A stretch of DNA of 24,600 nucleotides, taken from Bdellovibrionales bacterium. GTDB lineage: Bacteria > Bdellovibrionota > Bdellovibrionia > Bdellovibrionales > UBA1609. The notes beneath the pieces were generated by a model. The model had not been told where the DNA came from. It did not search any database and worked only from the letters and a program-made list of their open reading frames with translations. The stretch covers positions 1 to 24,600 of the forward strand of contig JAPKGD010000001.1 of the NCBI GenBank assembly GCA_026648125.1. The letters run 5' to 3'. How positions within the stretch are numbered: the stretch's first letter is position 1; every line of letters begins with the position of its first letter. Of this stretch, positions 6,829-16,722 are shown in pieces. A program made the position numbers and the translations under genes.

Positions 6829-9800
6829 ATGCTAAACCAAATTATTCGAATTTCCATATACAACCGCGGAGTGGTCCTTTTTATGACTCTCTTGATGGCG
6901 GTCGCGGGACTTTATACGTTTCAGCACCTTCCAATCGATGCAGTTCCAGATATCACTAATAACCAAGTTCAAATTAACACCGTCATTGAGGGACTCGCTC
7001 CGGAAGAAATCGAAAGGACCATTACCTTTCCCGTTGAATCCTCCATGCGAGGAATTGCTGGTGTTGAACAGGTTCGTTCGATTACACGCTTTGGTCTTTC
7101 TCAGGTGACAGTCGTATTCAAGGATGAAGTTGATGTTTATCGAGCGAGGCAACTCGTGACCGAGAGACTTCAGGGCGTTTCAGGAGATTTACCCGCCCAA
7201 GCACGTCCCGAGCTCGGCCCAATCTCGACGGGGTTGGGTGAAATCTATCAGTACGTTCTTGATTTCAAAGAGCGCGCCCAGGGAGAAGCCCGCATTAGAC
7301 AACTCATGGAGCTGAAGTCCCTTCAGGATTGGTTCATCAAACCCCGTCTCTTGACGGCCGAAGGTGTCGCTGAAATCAACACCTCCGGAGGTTTTGAGAA
7401 ACAATACCACGTACAACCTGACCCAAAGAAAATGGCTGCCAACGGCATTCACTTTGACGAAATTAAACAAGCTCTTGAAAAAGTAAATAGGAACGTCGGC
7501 GGAGGATATGTTGAACAAACCGCTGAGCAATTTCTTGTTCAGGGGGTTGGTCTAATTAAATCTGCTAAGGAGATTGAACGAATCCCGGTGAAAACTCTCG
7601 AATCGTTCAAGATCATTACGATTGGGGATATTGCCAAAGTTGCTCTCGGCAAAGAACTCAGGACCGGAGCAGCAACTTACGATGGTGATGAAGCCGTATT
7701 AGGTACAGTCATGATGCTCCTGGGAGAAAACAGCCGAACCGTTTCAACCAGAGTTCATGACAGAGTCGAAGAAATCAGAAAATCGCTTCCTAAAGATATC
7801 GAGCTGACAACGGTTTACAACCGCTCTGATCTTGTGAATGCTACGCTTGGGACGGTCGAGCACAACTTGATAATGGGCGCGATTCTTGTGACGGTCATCC
7901 TTCTCATTTTGCTTGGAAACATTCGCGCGGCCCTTATCACAGCCTTGACGATTCCATTTTCATTGCTTGCTACATTTCTGGTTATGAAGCCCCTTGGAAT
8001 TTCAGGAAACCTGATGAGCCTTGGAGCGCTCGATTTCGGAATCATCGTCGACGGAACAGTGATAGTTCTCGACAACTGTGTCAGATTTATTCATGAACGG
8101 ACAAAATCTTTAAAGCGCGGTCTCTCTGCCGATGAGGTCAAAGAAGCTGTTTATCAGGCTACAGTGGAAATTCGTTCAGCTGCCGGTTTTGGACAGTTCA
8201 TTATTGTGATGGTATTTTTGCCAGTTTTTGCTCTGACTGGCGTTGAAGGCAAAATGTTCATTCCAATGGCATCAACCTTTGCCATCGCTGTGCTTGCGGC
8301 GTTCATTCTCTCGTTTACCACCGCGCCTGCTCTAGCAAGTCTTTTGCTCTCGGGAAATGCCAGCGACAAAGAGCCGCGTCTCATGGTTTGGATTCGTAAA
8401 CTCTATGTTCCCGCGTTCGAATGGTCCTTTAAACGCGCAAAACTCACCATGGCCCTAGCCCTGGCCTCGGTGGTTTTAGGAGTAGGCTTATTCATGACCC
8501 GAGGGGCTGAGTTTTTACCGCAGTTGGGTGAAGGCTCGTTTGCGTTTCATATGATTCGCCCCGTAAATGCGAGCCTTAGCCAATCGGTTGAGTTTCAGAA
8601 AAAGGCCGACCGTGTGGTCGAGAGTTTCCCAGAAGTTGACCACGTTTTTTCAAGAATTGGGACAAGCGAAGTCGCCACCGACCCTATGGGAGTTAACGTG
8701 TCTGATACCTATATCATGTTAAAACCCAGATCGGAGTGGCCAAAGGCGAATGGAAGCCGCAGAACGTATCAAGAGTTGACGGAGTCGATTGTCGAGAAAC
8801 TGAACCGTGAACTTCCGGGCCAAACTTATCTTGCTTCACAGCCGATTCAAATGCGCTTCAACGAGCTCCTAGAGGGCACGAGAGCTGATGTGGCAGTGAA
8901 GATCTTCGGACCAGACTTGGATAAACTGGTCGAATTTGCAAAGAAGACTCAGGAAGTGATTTCGAAGGTCAAAGGAGCTGGCGACGTAGAAGTCGATCTG
9001 GCAGGAACTTCCCCTGTTTTAAAGATCGAGCCAAATGAGAGTAGCCTCATGCGCTACAACGCTTCGATTTCTGATGTGTTGGATTCCATTTCCATTGCTC
9101 TTGGTGGACAGGAAGCCGGATTCTTGTACGAGGCGGAAAAGAAGTTCCCTATCGTTGTTCGGCTCGACGATCAAGCCAGGTCAGATCTGGGAACTATTCG
9201 AGAGCTTCCAGTGGGAATCGGATCGAATACCATTGTTCCTCTAAAGAACCTTGCTTCCATCTCATTTAAAGAGACCTATGGATCAGTCAATAGAGAAAAC
9301 TCAAATCGTAGGTCTGCGGTTCTTATCAACCTTCGAGGGCGTGACACGGAATCATTCGTTAAGGAAGCGCAAGAAGCCGTGGCGAAAGAAATTAAACTCC
9401 CTGATGGATACTATTTTGAGTGGGGAGGAAATTTTAAAAACTTAGAGCAAGCAAGATCTCGGCTCATGATATTAGCACCCATTGCCTTGGTTTTAGTTTT
9501 AATGATGGTCTACGCCGCTTTTGGCAGTATTGGTGAAACGCTTCTAATTTTTGGATGTGTGCCGATGGCTCTCGTAGGTGGAGTTATCGGATTAATTCTC
9601 AATGGCCTTCCCTTTAGCATTTCTGCTGGAATTGGCTTTATCGCTCTTTCGGGAATTGCAGTCTTGAACGGAGTGGTTCTTGTCAATTTCTTTAATCAGC
9701 TCAAAGCCGAAGGCAAGACAGGTAAGGATCTCGTGCTACAGGGAACGCTCGTCCGTCTTCGTCCCGTGATGATGACGGCTCTTGTGGCTGTTTTCGGGTT

Positions 9801-9963
9801 TATTCCGATGATGGTATCGACTGGAGTCGGAGCTGAGGTTCAAAAGCCACTCGCGTCCGTAGTTATCGGCGGAATCATTTCCTCGACACTGCTGACACTC
9901 ATCGTTCTACCAGTCGTATTTTCCGTCTTTGAAATAAAAATGAAAGGGCGCGTGGCCCACTGA
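6829..9963 (+). CDS. czcA: CusA/CzcA-family heavy-metal efflux RND permease
   Basis: 1044 aa. Motifs LPIDAVPDITNNQVQI, TM4 GALDFGIIVDG (divalent-cation HME type) and RLRPVMMTALVA. Confidence 0.95.
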   Translation: MLNQIIRISIYNRGVVLFMTLLMAVAGLYTFQHLPIDAVPDITNNQVQINTVIEGLAPEEIERTITFPVESSMRGIAGVEQVRSITRFGLSQVTVVFKDEVDVYRARQLVTERLQGVSGDLPAQARPELGPISTGLGEIYQYVLDFKERAQGEARIRQLMELKSLQDWFIKPRLLTAEGVAEINTSGGFEKQYHVQPDPKKMAANGIHFDEIKQALEKVNRNVGGGYVEQTAEQFLVQGVGLIKSAKEIERIPVKTLESFKIITIGDIAKVALGKELRTGAATYDGDEAVLGTVMMLLGENSRTVSTRVHDRVEEIRKSLPKDIELTTVYNRSDLVNATLGTVEHNLIMGAILVTVILLILLGNIRAALITALTIPFSLLATFLVMKPLGISGNLMSLGALDFGIIVDGTVIVLDNCVRFIHERTKSLKRGLSADEVKEAVYQATVEIRSAAGFGQFIIVMVFLPVFALTGVEGKMFIPMASTFAIAVLAAFILSFTTAPALASLLLSGNASDKEPRLMVWIRKLYVPAFEWSFKRAKLTMALALASVVLGVGLFMTRGAEFLPQLGEGSFAFHMIRPVNASLSQSVEFQKKADRVVESFPEVDHVFSRIGTSEVATDPMGVNVSDTYIMLKPRSEWPKANGSRRTYQELTESIVEKLNRELPGQTYLASQPIQMRFNELLEGTRADVAVKIFGPDLDKLVEFAKKTQEVISKVKGAGDVEVDLAGTSPVLKIEPNESSLMRYNASISDVLDSISIALGGQEAGFLYEAEKKFPIVVRLDDQARSDLGTIRELPVGIGSNTIVPLKNLASISFKETYGSVNRENSNRRSAVLINLRGRDTESFVKEAQEAVAKEIKLPDGYYFEWGGNFKNLEQARSRLMILAPIALVLVLMMVYAAFGSIGETLLIFGCVPMALVGGVIGLILNGLPFSISAGIGFIALSGIAVLNGVVLVNFFNQLKAEGKTGKDLVLQGTLVRLRPVMMTALVAVFGFIPMMVSTGVGAEVQKPLASVVIGGIISSTLLTLIVLPVVFSVFEIKMKGRVAH

Positions 9964-9990
9964 TTTTAACTGGAACAGGAGAAGAAGAGA

Positions 9991-10335
9991 ATGAAAGCAA
10001 AAGTTGTCCTACTAAGTGTTTTTATGGGAGCCTTTTGGGCCTCTGGATGCGCCCATACTCATTCCGTACAGGGACCAGAACAAAAATCGGAAATCCCCGA
10101 AGGAGTGCGGGTGGCAATTGGATCGAGCGAAGTCAAAGAAGGTGAAAAAGTGGATGTGCTGCGCTCGGTTTGCAAGAAGGTCAGTAGGCCTCGTGGACGC
10201 TCAGGAAACTCTTGTATCGATCAAAAAGTCGGCGAAGCACGCATCCTCAAAGTGCTCGACCATGACTCGGCGATTGTTGAGCCTGACCAAGGCTTGACAA
10301 TGGATTTGAGCATGAAAGTTGAGAAGCAAAAGTAA
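9991..10335 (+). CDS. Lipoprotein of unknown function, beta-rich
   Basis: RBS GGAGAAG, lipobox ASG-C, and an internal Cys pair. Co-oriented 27 bp after czcA. Confidence 0.75.
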   Translation: MKAKVVLLSVFMGAFWASGCAHTHSVQGPEQKSEIPEGVRVAIGSSEVKEGEKVDVLRSVCKKVSRPRGRSGNSCIDQKVGEARILKVLDHDSAIVEPDQGLTMDLSMKVEKQK

Positions 10336-10421
10336 TGCTTATGACGAGGTCGTCGAGCAACAAGAAATTATATCTATGTTGATAGGAATGTTGAAGTGAT
10401 CCGGCTCATTTTTTTGGATCG

Positions 10422-10448
10422 ACGGGCGTACCTAATCCGTGCGCCCGT
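10422..10448. terminator. Hairpin between convergent genes
   Basis: ACGGGCGTAC-7 nt-GTGCGCCCGT (10-bp stem with one G-T pair). No good U-tract on either strand. Confidence 0.45.
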
Positions 10449-10460
10449 GGTTTAGGCGGC

Positions 10461-10811
10461 TCAAAAGGCAATGACTTTGTCGGCCCATTGAGTCCAAGAC
10501 GTTAACTCATCAAGTGTGCTGCGCTTAGTTCCCTCCATGAGTTCAGATTCGGTGATGCCGCGGGCATCCATGCAGGTTCCGCATACGCCGACTTCACCAT
10601 TCTGGCGGCTGACGTTTTTCAACATCACTTCGATATTGTAGTAGCCCTGTGGAACCTTTTGCCCCTTCTTGGCACAAGCGGCAGCGTCGCCCATGAGGAA
10701 GATTTTGACCTCTTGCCCTTCGCGTTTAGAAAGTGAACCGGCTAGGCGCAATCCGTTGTAGGAGTGCTCCGTTCCGTATGGCTGACCATTGAGAATGAAT
10801 AGTGTTTTCAT
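10461..10811 (-). CDS. DsrE/DsrF-like (YchN-type) family protein
   Basis: LFILNGQPYGTE..YNGLRLA, KIFLMGDAAACAK, VCGTCMDARG and STLDELTSW...ADKVIAF are typical of the family. Confidence 0.9.
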   Translation of the reverse strand: MKTLFILNGQPYGTEHSYNGLRLAGSLSKREGQEVKIFLMGDAAACAKKGQKVPQGYYNIEVMLKNVSRQNGEVGVCGTCMDARGITESELMEGTKRSTLDELTSWTQWADKVIAF

Positions 10812-11077
10812 AATGACCTCGGCTCCATCGCGTCGGGTTGCACTCCAAAAGTATCTCTATAATCGTAAGAAATCAAATCTCGAAAAATAGATTGCGAAAT
10901 CCACCTAGAAGTCTTCCTTAAAAGACTTTTCATGGCCGCAGGAATCTCCTTTCTTGGATTCCCAATTTTTCATTCAATAATTCCAGACACATAACCACCT
11001 CTTGCTTTGGCCCGATTTGGGCTCTTCCGTTGCTTTTACTTGCCTCTAGTCGGCGCGTTCAGCGCCAAGGAGGACAA

Positions 11078-11347
11078 GTGAATGCAAAAGTAAAATTGGT
11101 TCGAGTCGGTCAATATTGGCTCGACAAGAAATTACTGAAAGAAGGCTACGGCCTTAAGGACATTATCGACGAAGACGATCCCGTCATCGAGCTGCCCGAA
11201 TTATTCGACGCCGAACGCAGGCGACATACCGGCTGGATGATCTGTCCTGATTGCGGCGAGCGCTCGCAAGTGGATCGACGAAATCCTATCTGTTCAAGTT
11301 GCGGGTGGGAACAAGCAACGGAAGGTCTCACGAAATGTGCAGCCTAG
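11078..11347 (+). CDS. Hypothetical zinc-ribbon protein (89 aa)
   Basis: GTG 11078 after AAGGAGG; CPDC-x12-CSSC. Confidence 0.7.
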   Translation: MNAKVKLVRVGQYWLDKKLLKEGYGLKDIIDEDDPVIELPELFDAERRRHTGWMICPDCGERSQVDRRNPICSSCGWEQATEGLTKCAA

Positions 11348-11497
11348 CGAACCTTGCGCGCCGAGCGCGTGCTTTCGGTCGATGGCTCTCATGTGAGCCG
11401 ATTTACCAAGTCCGCGTGGACCACCAAACCAAATGGATGAGTGTGAGTGAGCTCATTCAAGAAGGGCAACAACAAATTTTTAATCAAGGAGTTTTAT

Positions 11498-11935
11498 ATG
11501 AACCAAGAACAAAAAGAACAATCATCGCAATTGAAAAAACCGAAACTTTACCGCTTCAAGCTGATGCAAGGAAATGTCACGACTGACGGCACCTTTGAGA
11601 AGACCAAGACCGTCGGGATGGCTTATCTAACTGACGGAACGCGGAGTTACTCGCTGAAACTCTGGATGCTGCTCAAGGACAGATTTTATCTCGTCCCGAG
11701 AAGAAAAGACCAGACTCAGTTTCTCGTGCTTACACGGGAAACGAATCGCAATCCGTCTGCAAAGAATCGTAGCTTCTCCAACATCGTTGGAAACGGTCAG
11801 GCGCTCCCCGCGCTCGGAGTCGTTCGCATCGACTTCGATCTCCTGGATAAACCCATCTACATGAGCATGTTTCCCGAGTCGTTCTCCCATTCTTCTAGGA
11901 TGCAAGAGCCGGAGGTCGTCAATGAAGCGGCCTAA
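11498..11935 (+). CDS. Hypothetical beta-rich protein, possibly DUF736-like ssDNA-binding
   Basis: ATG 11498 after AAGGAG. Two related segments, VGMAYLTDGTRSYSLKLWML and IVGNGQALPALGVVRIDFDLL. Confidence 0.6.
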   Translation: MNQEQKEQSSQLKKPKLYRFKLMQGNVTTDGTFEKTKTVGMAYLTDGTRSYSLKLWMLLKDRFYLVPRRKDQTQFLVLTRETNRNPSAKNRSFSNIVGNGQALPALGVVRIDFDLLDKPIYMSMFPESFSHSSRMQEPEVVNEAA

Positions 11936-11972
11936 ATTTCACGCAACACCAACCATCGCACAAGGAGTTTCC

Positions 11973-12260
11973 ATGAAACGCAATCAAGCACTGCTTGTTC
12001 TCGGACTCTTTCTCTTGATCGGGATCTTTATGCCCGATCTCGCTCACGCAAGCCTCGAATCGAGTCTCTTGGGTATTAAAACAAAACTTACGGGAGTGAT
12101 TTTGCCGCTCCTCTCCGTGATCGGGATTGCCTTCGCGGCGATCTCGTTCTTCACCGGCAACCCCAATGCGAAACAACATATCGCTTACGCGATCCTGGGT
12201 TGCATTTTCGGGTTCGGAGCGCAGGCCATCGTCGACTTCATCTCCCAGACGGTTCGCTAG
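11973..12260 (+). CDS. virB2: TrbC/VirB2-family pilin
   Basis: ATG 11973 after AAGGAG. Leader ending in AHA, then two hydrophobic helices separated by GNPNAKQH; 95 aa; first gene of the T4SS block. Confidence 0.85.
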   Translation: MKRNQALLVLGLFLLIGIFMPDLAHASLESSLLGIKTKLTGVILPLLSVIGIAFAAISFFTGNPNAKQHIAYAILGCIFGFGAQAIVDFISQTVR

Positions 12261-12272
12261 AGGAGGCGTGAC

Positions 12273-12605
12273 ATGGATGAACAAGGACTATCGACGACGA
12301 AGGTTCCCCGAGCCCTGGAAATGAAGACGAAGCTGTTTGGCTACGAGCTGCCTGACTTGCTTCTCATCTTCATGAACTTAGCCGTGACGAACCTTGCGTT
12401 TGGCTCCACGTCCTTCCGCTATCCGTTGGTATGGGGAACAACGCTAGGATTGGCGTTGTTCCTCTTTTTTGCGAAGCGCGGACGACCAGACAACTACCTT
12501 CAACACTTGGGCGAATTCATCGCGCAGTCGGCCTACAAAGCCGCAGGCGCGCCGGATCGCCTATACAGAAAATTCAGAAAGGACAACCAAAATGCAGAAA
12601 GCTAA
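12273..12605 (+). CDS. VirB3/PrgI-like small membrane protein
   Basis: 110 aa with two TM segments, lying between the pilin and the VirB4 ATPase and overlapping the virB4 start. Confidence 0.7.
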   Translation: MDEQGLSTTKVPRALEMKTKLFGYELPDLLLIFMNLAVTNLAFGSTSFRYPLVWGTTLGLALFLFFAKRGRPDNYLQHLGEFIAQSAYKAAGAPDRLYRKFRKDNQNAES

Positions 12606-15111
12606 AGACGACGCTCTAGCGCATGAACTCCCGTATTGGGATTTTATGGAAACGCCGGAGCCACACGCCATTCTTTTCGATGGCTCCCTGGTCGGCGGCA
12701 TCAAAGTCTCCCTGAAAGACATCGAGTGCCTATCTGACGACGAGGTAAACGGATTTACCGTGGGCCTACGCACGGCCCTTAACTCCATCAGTGAGGGAAC
12801 AGCACTGCAATTCGTTCTCGGCGTCACTTCCGACTTTTCGGATTTGATTCAACGTCATGTGGACGGATTTTCCTCGACCGCGCATCCACTGGTGAAGACC
12901 ATCGCGGAATACCGAGAGAAGAAGCTCAAGGAAGCCGTCGAAAATCGAGAACTCTACAAACCGGAGCTCTGCGTGTATCTGCGCACAGCTATGGTGGAGC
13001 AAAAGCGGGCCGGATTTTTTAGGAGAAAAGAAATTTTCTCCGCAAACGCGGCGAAGTCCTACCAGGACACGCTCGACGTATTGAGCCAGAATATCGACAC
13101 GCTTGTTTCCTCGTTTCATTCCATCGGGCTTGAATCGCGGAGGCTCACGAAGACTGAAATTCTCTCGAATATCTATGGATTTCTGAATCCCAAACGAGTC
13201 TACGAAGAACCCACTCCCAAAATCATCATGTTCAAGGAGAATGATCTTGAAAAAGAAGTGATTGATGAGGCGGAATGGCTTGCTGCGCAGTCGCCGCGTG
13301 AGCAGCTAGTTTTTGGCGATCTCATCTTGAACTTCGATCAGTTCACGCTTGATTCGCACTACCACAAAGTCGTAACGCTCAAGACTCTGCCGGAAGTGAC
13401 TTATGCAGGACAGCTCGCGCAGTTTTTACGAATGCCGTTCCACTACAATCTCAATCTGTCACTCGAAGTTCCGCCTCAGGCGAACGAGATGGCGAAGCTC
13501 CAGCAAAAGCGCAAGATGGCGCACTCGATGGCCGTTACCAGCGGAGGCAAAGCGAGTGATTTGGAGAGTGAATCGAAGCTCTCCTCAACGGAGGAGCTGA
13601 TTCGAGAGCTGCTGAACACGGGACAGCGTATCTATGCCGCGCAAATGAGTGTCATCCTCCGAGCGCCGGCCACACCGGAGGGAGCCAAGAGGCTAAACCG
13701 TGAGGTGCGCGAAGTGCTGGCGCGGTTTCGCGCGCTACAGGGAGCCGAAGGTTTGGAAGAAAGCGTCGGTAGTTGGAAGATCGTCAAAGGAAGTCTCCCG
13801 GCAGCGCCTATCAATCTTGAACGGGCACGAAAGATGAAAACAAATAATCTCGCCGATTTTCTGCCAGTCTATGGCCCGAGAGAAGGCGATCGCGATCCCG
13901 CAGTGATTTTCCGAAATCGCTTGGGCGGACTCGTGGGCTACAACGCTTTCGATCCGGGCCTTGGCAACTATTCGTCCCTGGTCACGGGGTCGTCCGGGTC
14001 CGGCAAGAGTTTTCTGAACAACGCCATTCTCTTGCAGGAATTTGCCCGCAAGATGCGCGTTTATATCATCGACATCGGCGGCTCCTATAAGAAGCTCACC
14101 GAGGCACTGGGCGGCCAGTATCTGGAAGTCAATCTCTCCGATCAATATCGGCTAAACCCTTTCGCACTTCCCGACCCGAGAGAAGAACCGAGCAACCAGA
14201 AAATCAAGTCTTTACTTTCCATTGTTGAAAGTATGGTGAGCGAGGATGAGAAGGCGAAGCTCCCGAAGCTCGACCGTGCGCTTTTGGAGCGGGCCTTGAT
14301 CGAGCTTTATAAATCGCGCCGAGCCAAGGGAGAGGTGCCGACACTTTCGGACCTTGCCCGTTATCTATCGGCTTTTGAGGAAGACTCGATGCGGGCCATC
14401 TCGAAGATGCTTTATCTCTGGACTGGCGAACGCCCCTACGGGCGGTTGCTCGATAGTCACGGAAGCCTTCGCGCTGATGCCGATATTTGCACGTTCGACT
14501 TGAAGGGACTTTCAAGCTACCCCGACCTACAAAGCGTGATGATCCTGATTCTGACTGACTTCATTCTTTCGCAAATTGCGAGCGAAAAAGAAAAGAAGTC
14601 TCGGATCATTATCGACGAGGCGTGGGAGTTGCTGAAGTCGAACGCGGCGGCTTCGTTCATGGAGCTTTCCGTGCGAACGCTGCGAAAAATGGGCATGGGT
14701 TCGGGAATTACCTTCATTACTCAGGGTGTAGAGGAAATCGTCGCAAGCCCCATCGGCTCCGCGATCCTCAATAACACGGCTACGAAATTCATCATGCTCC
14801 AGCGAGGTGATTCAGAGGTTCTAGCAAATGTTCTAAAACTCAACGATCAGGAGCTCTCTCTAATTCACTCTCTACAGCAGAAGAAAGGCGAATATTCAGA
14901 CGGGTTCATGATCGAAGGAGATCACCGTCAGGTTGTCAGAATTTTTCCAAGCCCATTTGAATATTGGCTTTCCACTTCGGACGCTCAGGACAACCGCTAC
15001 CTCGAAGAACTGAAAGAGCAAGGGCTTGATCTTGTGGCCGCAATCACCAAAGCGGCGGCAGTCTACCCGAACGGAGTGGCATCTGGCCCCGCCGCGAAGG
15101 AGTCTGCATGA
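12592..15111 (+). CDS. virB4: VirB4/TraC-family T4SS ATPase
   Basis: Walker A GSSGSGKS, IIDIGGSY, Walker B IIIDEAW and a C-terminal RIFPSPFEYWLSTS motif. ATG 12592 (MQKAKDD) is preferred to 12469. Confidence 0.93.
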   Translation: MQKAKDDALAHELPYWDFMETPEPHAILFDGSLVGGIKVSLKDIECLSDDEVNGFTVGLRTALNSISEGTALQFVLGVTSDFSDLIQRHVDGFSSTAHPLVKTIAEYREKKLKEAVENRELYKPELCVYLRTAMVEQKRAGFFRRKEIFSANAAKSYQDTLDVLSQNIDTLVSSFHSIGLESRRLTKTEILSNIYGFLNPKRVYEEPTPKIIMFKENDLEKEVIDEAEWLAAQSPREQLVFGDLILNFDQFTLDSHYHKVVTLKTLPEVTYAGQLAQFLRMPFHYNLNLSLEVPPQANEMAKLQQKRKMAHSMAVTSGGKASDLESESKLSSTEELIRELLNTGQRIYAAQMSVILRAPATPEGAKRLNREVREVLARFRALQGAEGLEESVGSWKIVKGSLPAAPINLERARKMKTNNLADFLPVYGPREGDRDPAVIFRNRLGGLVGYNAFDPGLGNYSSLVTGSSGSGKSFLNNAILLQEFARKMRVYIIDIGGSYKKLTEALGGQYLEVNLSDQYRLNPFALPDPREEPSNQKIKSLLSIVESMVSEDEKAKLPKLDRALLERALIELYKSRRAKGEVPTLSDLARYLSAFEEDSMRAISKMLYLWTGERPYGRLLDSHGSLRADADICTFDLKGLSSYPDLQSVMILILTDFILSQIASEKEKKSRIIIDEAWELLKSNAAASFMELSVRTLRKMGMGSGITFITQGVEEIVASPIGSAILNNTATKFIMLQRGDSEVLANVLKLNDQELSLIHSLQQKKGEYSDGFMIEGDHRQVVRIFPSPFEYWLSTSDAQDNRYLEELKEQGLDLVAAITKAAAVYPNGVASGPAAKESA

Positions 15112-15815
15112 GGAAGCTAAGGAAATTGCTTCTAGTTGGAGTGATGAGCCTATGTCTTGTAGTGCCTAAGCCCGCAAAGGCTGATCTCTTCGGCGGTGAT
15201 GTGGCTGTGTTGGTGCAGATTTTAGCGAATGCCATTCAGCAACTCGCGCAACTTCGTCAGATACTTGGAACTGGAGCGGATACACTCGACCTCTTGCGAG
15301 ACATCAACCGAGGGATAAGAGACGGGCTCGCCATTATCCAAGTCATCAATCCCAGATTCAATCCCGGACTTTATGGGGATCTGGATACTGCGGATCGCGT
15401 ATTGTCGGTCATCCAAGACCTTTACGGACGAATTCCACAAACAGGAGAAGCACGGCTCCAAGAGGCGCAAGACAGATCGGTGGCGGAAAGCATTGCCATG
15501 AACGGCACTCTTTTCCGTTTCGCTGATCAAGCGGATGAGGAAAGCAAACGGATTATCGCTCATGCGCGAGACGTAAGCCCTCAAGGAGCCGCCAAGCTCC
15601 ACGCGCAATCGCTTGCCGTTCTAATTGGCGTTACGACTCAGGTGCTTCGTACAAACTCGATGATGCTCAAGATGATGGCTGAAAACATGGCGCTGCAAAA
15701 CCGCAAAGACAAGGTACAGGCAGCGCAGTTTCGGAATCAATACGACGGCCTGAGTGACGCTTTCCGAGGACTCCCCACAACCACGAGTCTTCAGCCGTTG
15801 AAGGGAGAAAACTGA
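15108..15815 (+). CDS. VirB5/TrbJ-like exported helical protein
   Basis: Signal peptide (AKA-D), amphipathic Q/L-rich helices, ATGA overlap with virB4, and position. Confidence 0.65.
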   Translation: MRKLRKLLLVGVMSLCLVVPKPAKADLFGGDVAVLVQILANAIQQLAQLRQILGTGADTLDLLRDINRGIRDGLAIIQVINPRFNPGLYGDLDTADRVLSVIQDLYGRIPQTGEARLQEAQDRSVAESIAMNGTLFRFADQADEESKRIIAHARDVSPQGAAKLHAQSLAVLIGVTTQVLRTNSMMLKMMAENMALQNRKDKVQAAQFRNQYDGLSDAFRGLPTTTSLQPLKGEN

Positions 15816-15816
15816 T

Positions 15817-16707
15817 ATGCCGCATTTTGATCTATTGGGGTCACTCATGCGTGACCTTCACCAGGAATTCGTGAGGATTTACTACCTCATGCTTCCGGTC
15901 TTTTTCGCTCTTGCCGTGGCGGTGGCTTGGTTTCGCTCTCCGCAGGGAGGACTTGATTTCCTCGATACGTTCAAGCGGGCCGTGGTCGCCACGATCTTAC
16001 TTTCCGCGTTCCCCGAGATCAGCTCCGCCATTGTTTTCGTCGCGGACGGAATCGCGGAGCGAATCGACAATCTCAACCGCATCGACACAGTTATCCGAAT
16101 GGCGCAGGAAAAGTCGCAGGGCTATTCGCTTTCGGCGACGAGTATTCTGCTGCAATTCGATGATCTAATAGTCGCTGTTCTTTCGTTCGCGAGCTACTTG
16201 GTTCTCTATATAGCACGATACCTCACCATAGCCATGTATCACTTTTTTTGGTTGTTCTACATGGTTTCGGCTCCGATTCTCCTTCTCTTCAATCTCTTCC
16301 CTGGAACAAGCCAGATCACGTCCAATTTGTTCCGTGGAATGGCTGAAGTCGCCTGTTGGAAAATTGTGTGGGCGATTCTCGGCGCAATGCTCGCATCCCT
16401 TAGCTTTGGCGAAATGTATCGCTCTGAAGGGAGTTACGTCGAAATGATCGTGATGAACTTCGTCATTGCGGTTTCGATGCTCGCAACACCGATGGTGGTG
16501 CGCTCCCTCGTTGGTTCCGGCCTTCAGTCGATGTCATCCATGCTCGGAGCCGCGACAGTCGGAGCGATGGTCGCCGCTCCTGCTAGGGCCGCAACCGTAT
16601 TCACCACGGCTAGATCAGGAGTATCCCAAGGTATGAATTTCGTTAGCTCACAATTGGAGAAACGTAGAAATGAAAAGGAAAAACGACGTGCAATGTATCA
16701 CTACTAG
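15817..16707 (+). CDS. VirB6/TrbL-like polytopic membrane protein
   Basis: Several TM helices, the motif SAPILLLFNLFPGTSQ...FRG...CWKIVWAIL, and position. Confidence 0.7.
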   Translation: MPHFDLLGSLMRDLHQEFVRIYYLMLPVFFALAVAVAWFRSPQGGLDFLDTFKRAVVATILLSAFPEISSAIVFVADGIAERIDNLNRIDTVIRMAQEKSQGYSLSATSILLQFDDLIVAVLSFASYLVLYIARYLTIAMYHFFWLFYMVSAPILLLFNLFPGTSQITSNLFRGMAEVACWKIVWAILGAMLASLSFGEMYRSEGSYVEMIVMNFVIAVSMLATPMVVRSLVGSGLQSMSSMLGAATVGAMVAAPARAATVFTTARSGVSQGMNFVSSQLEKRRNEKEKRRAMYHY

Positions 16708-16722
16708 AAAGGAAGTATAGAT

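Noticed and set aside
10851-10857. GTATCTC also present upstream of dsrE, matching the oriT-region repeat
   Set aside because: A single 7-mer match is expected by chance in 24.6 kb.
11334-11586. Alternative ORF MCSLANL...YQVRVDHQTKWMSVSEL bridging the zinc-ribbon and SSB-like genes
   Set aside because: It has no clear RBS and overlaps the well-supported 11498 gene by about 90 bp. It cannot be fully excluded without homology data.
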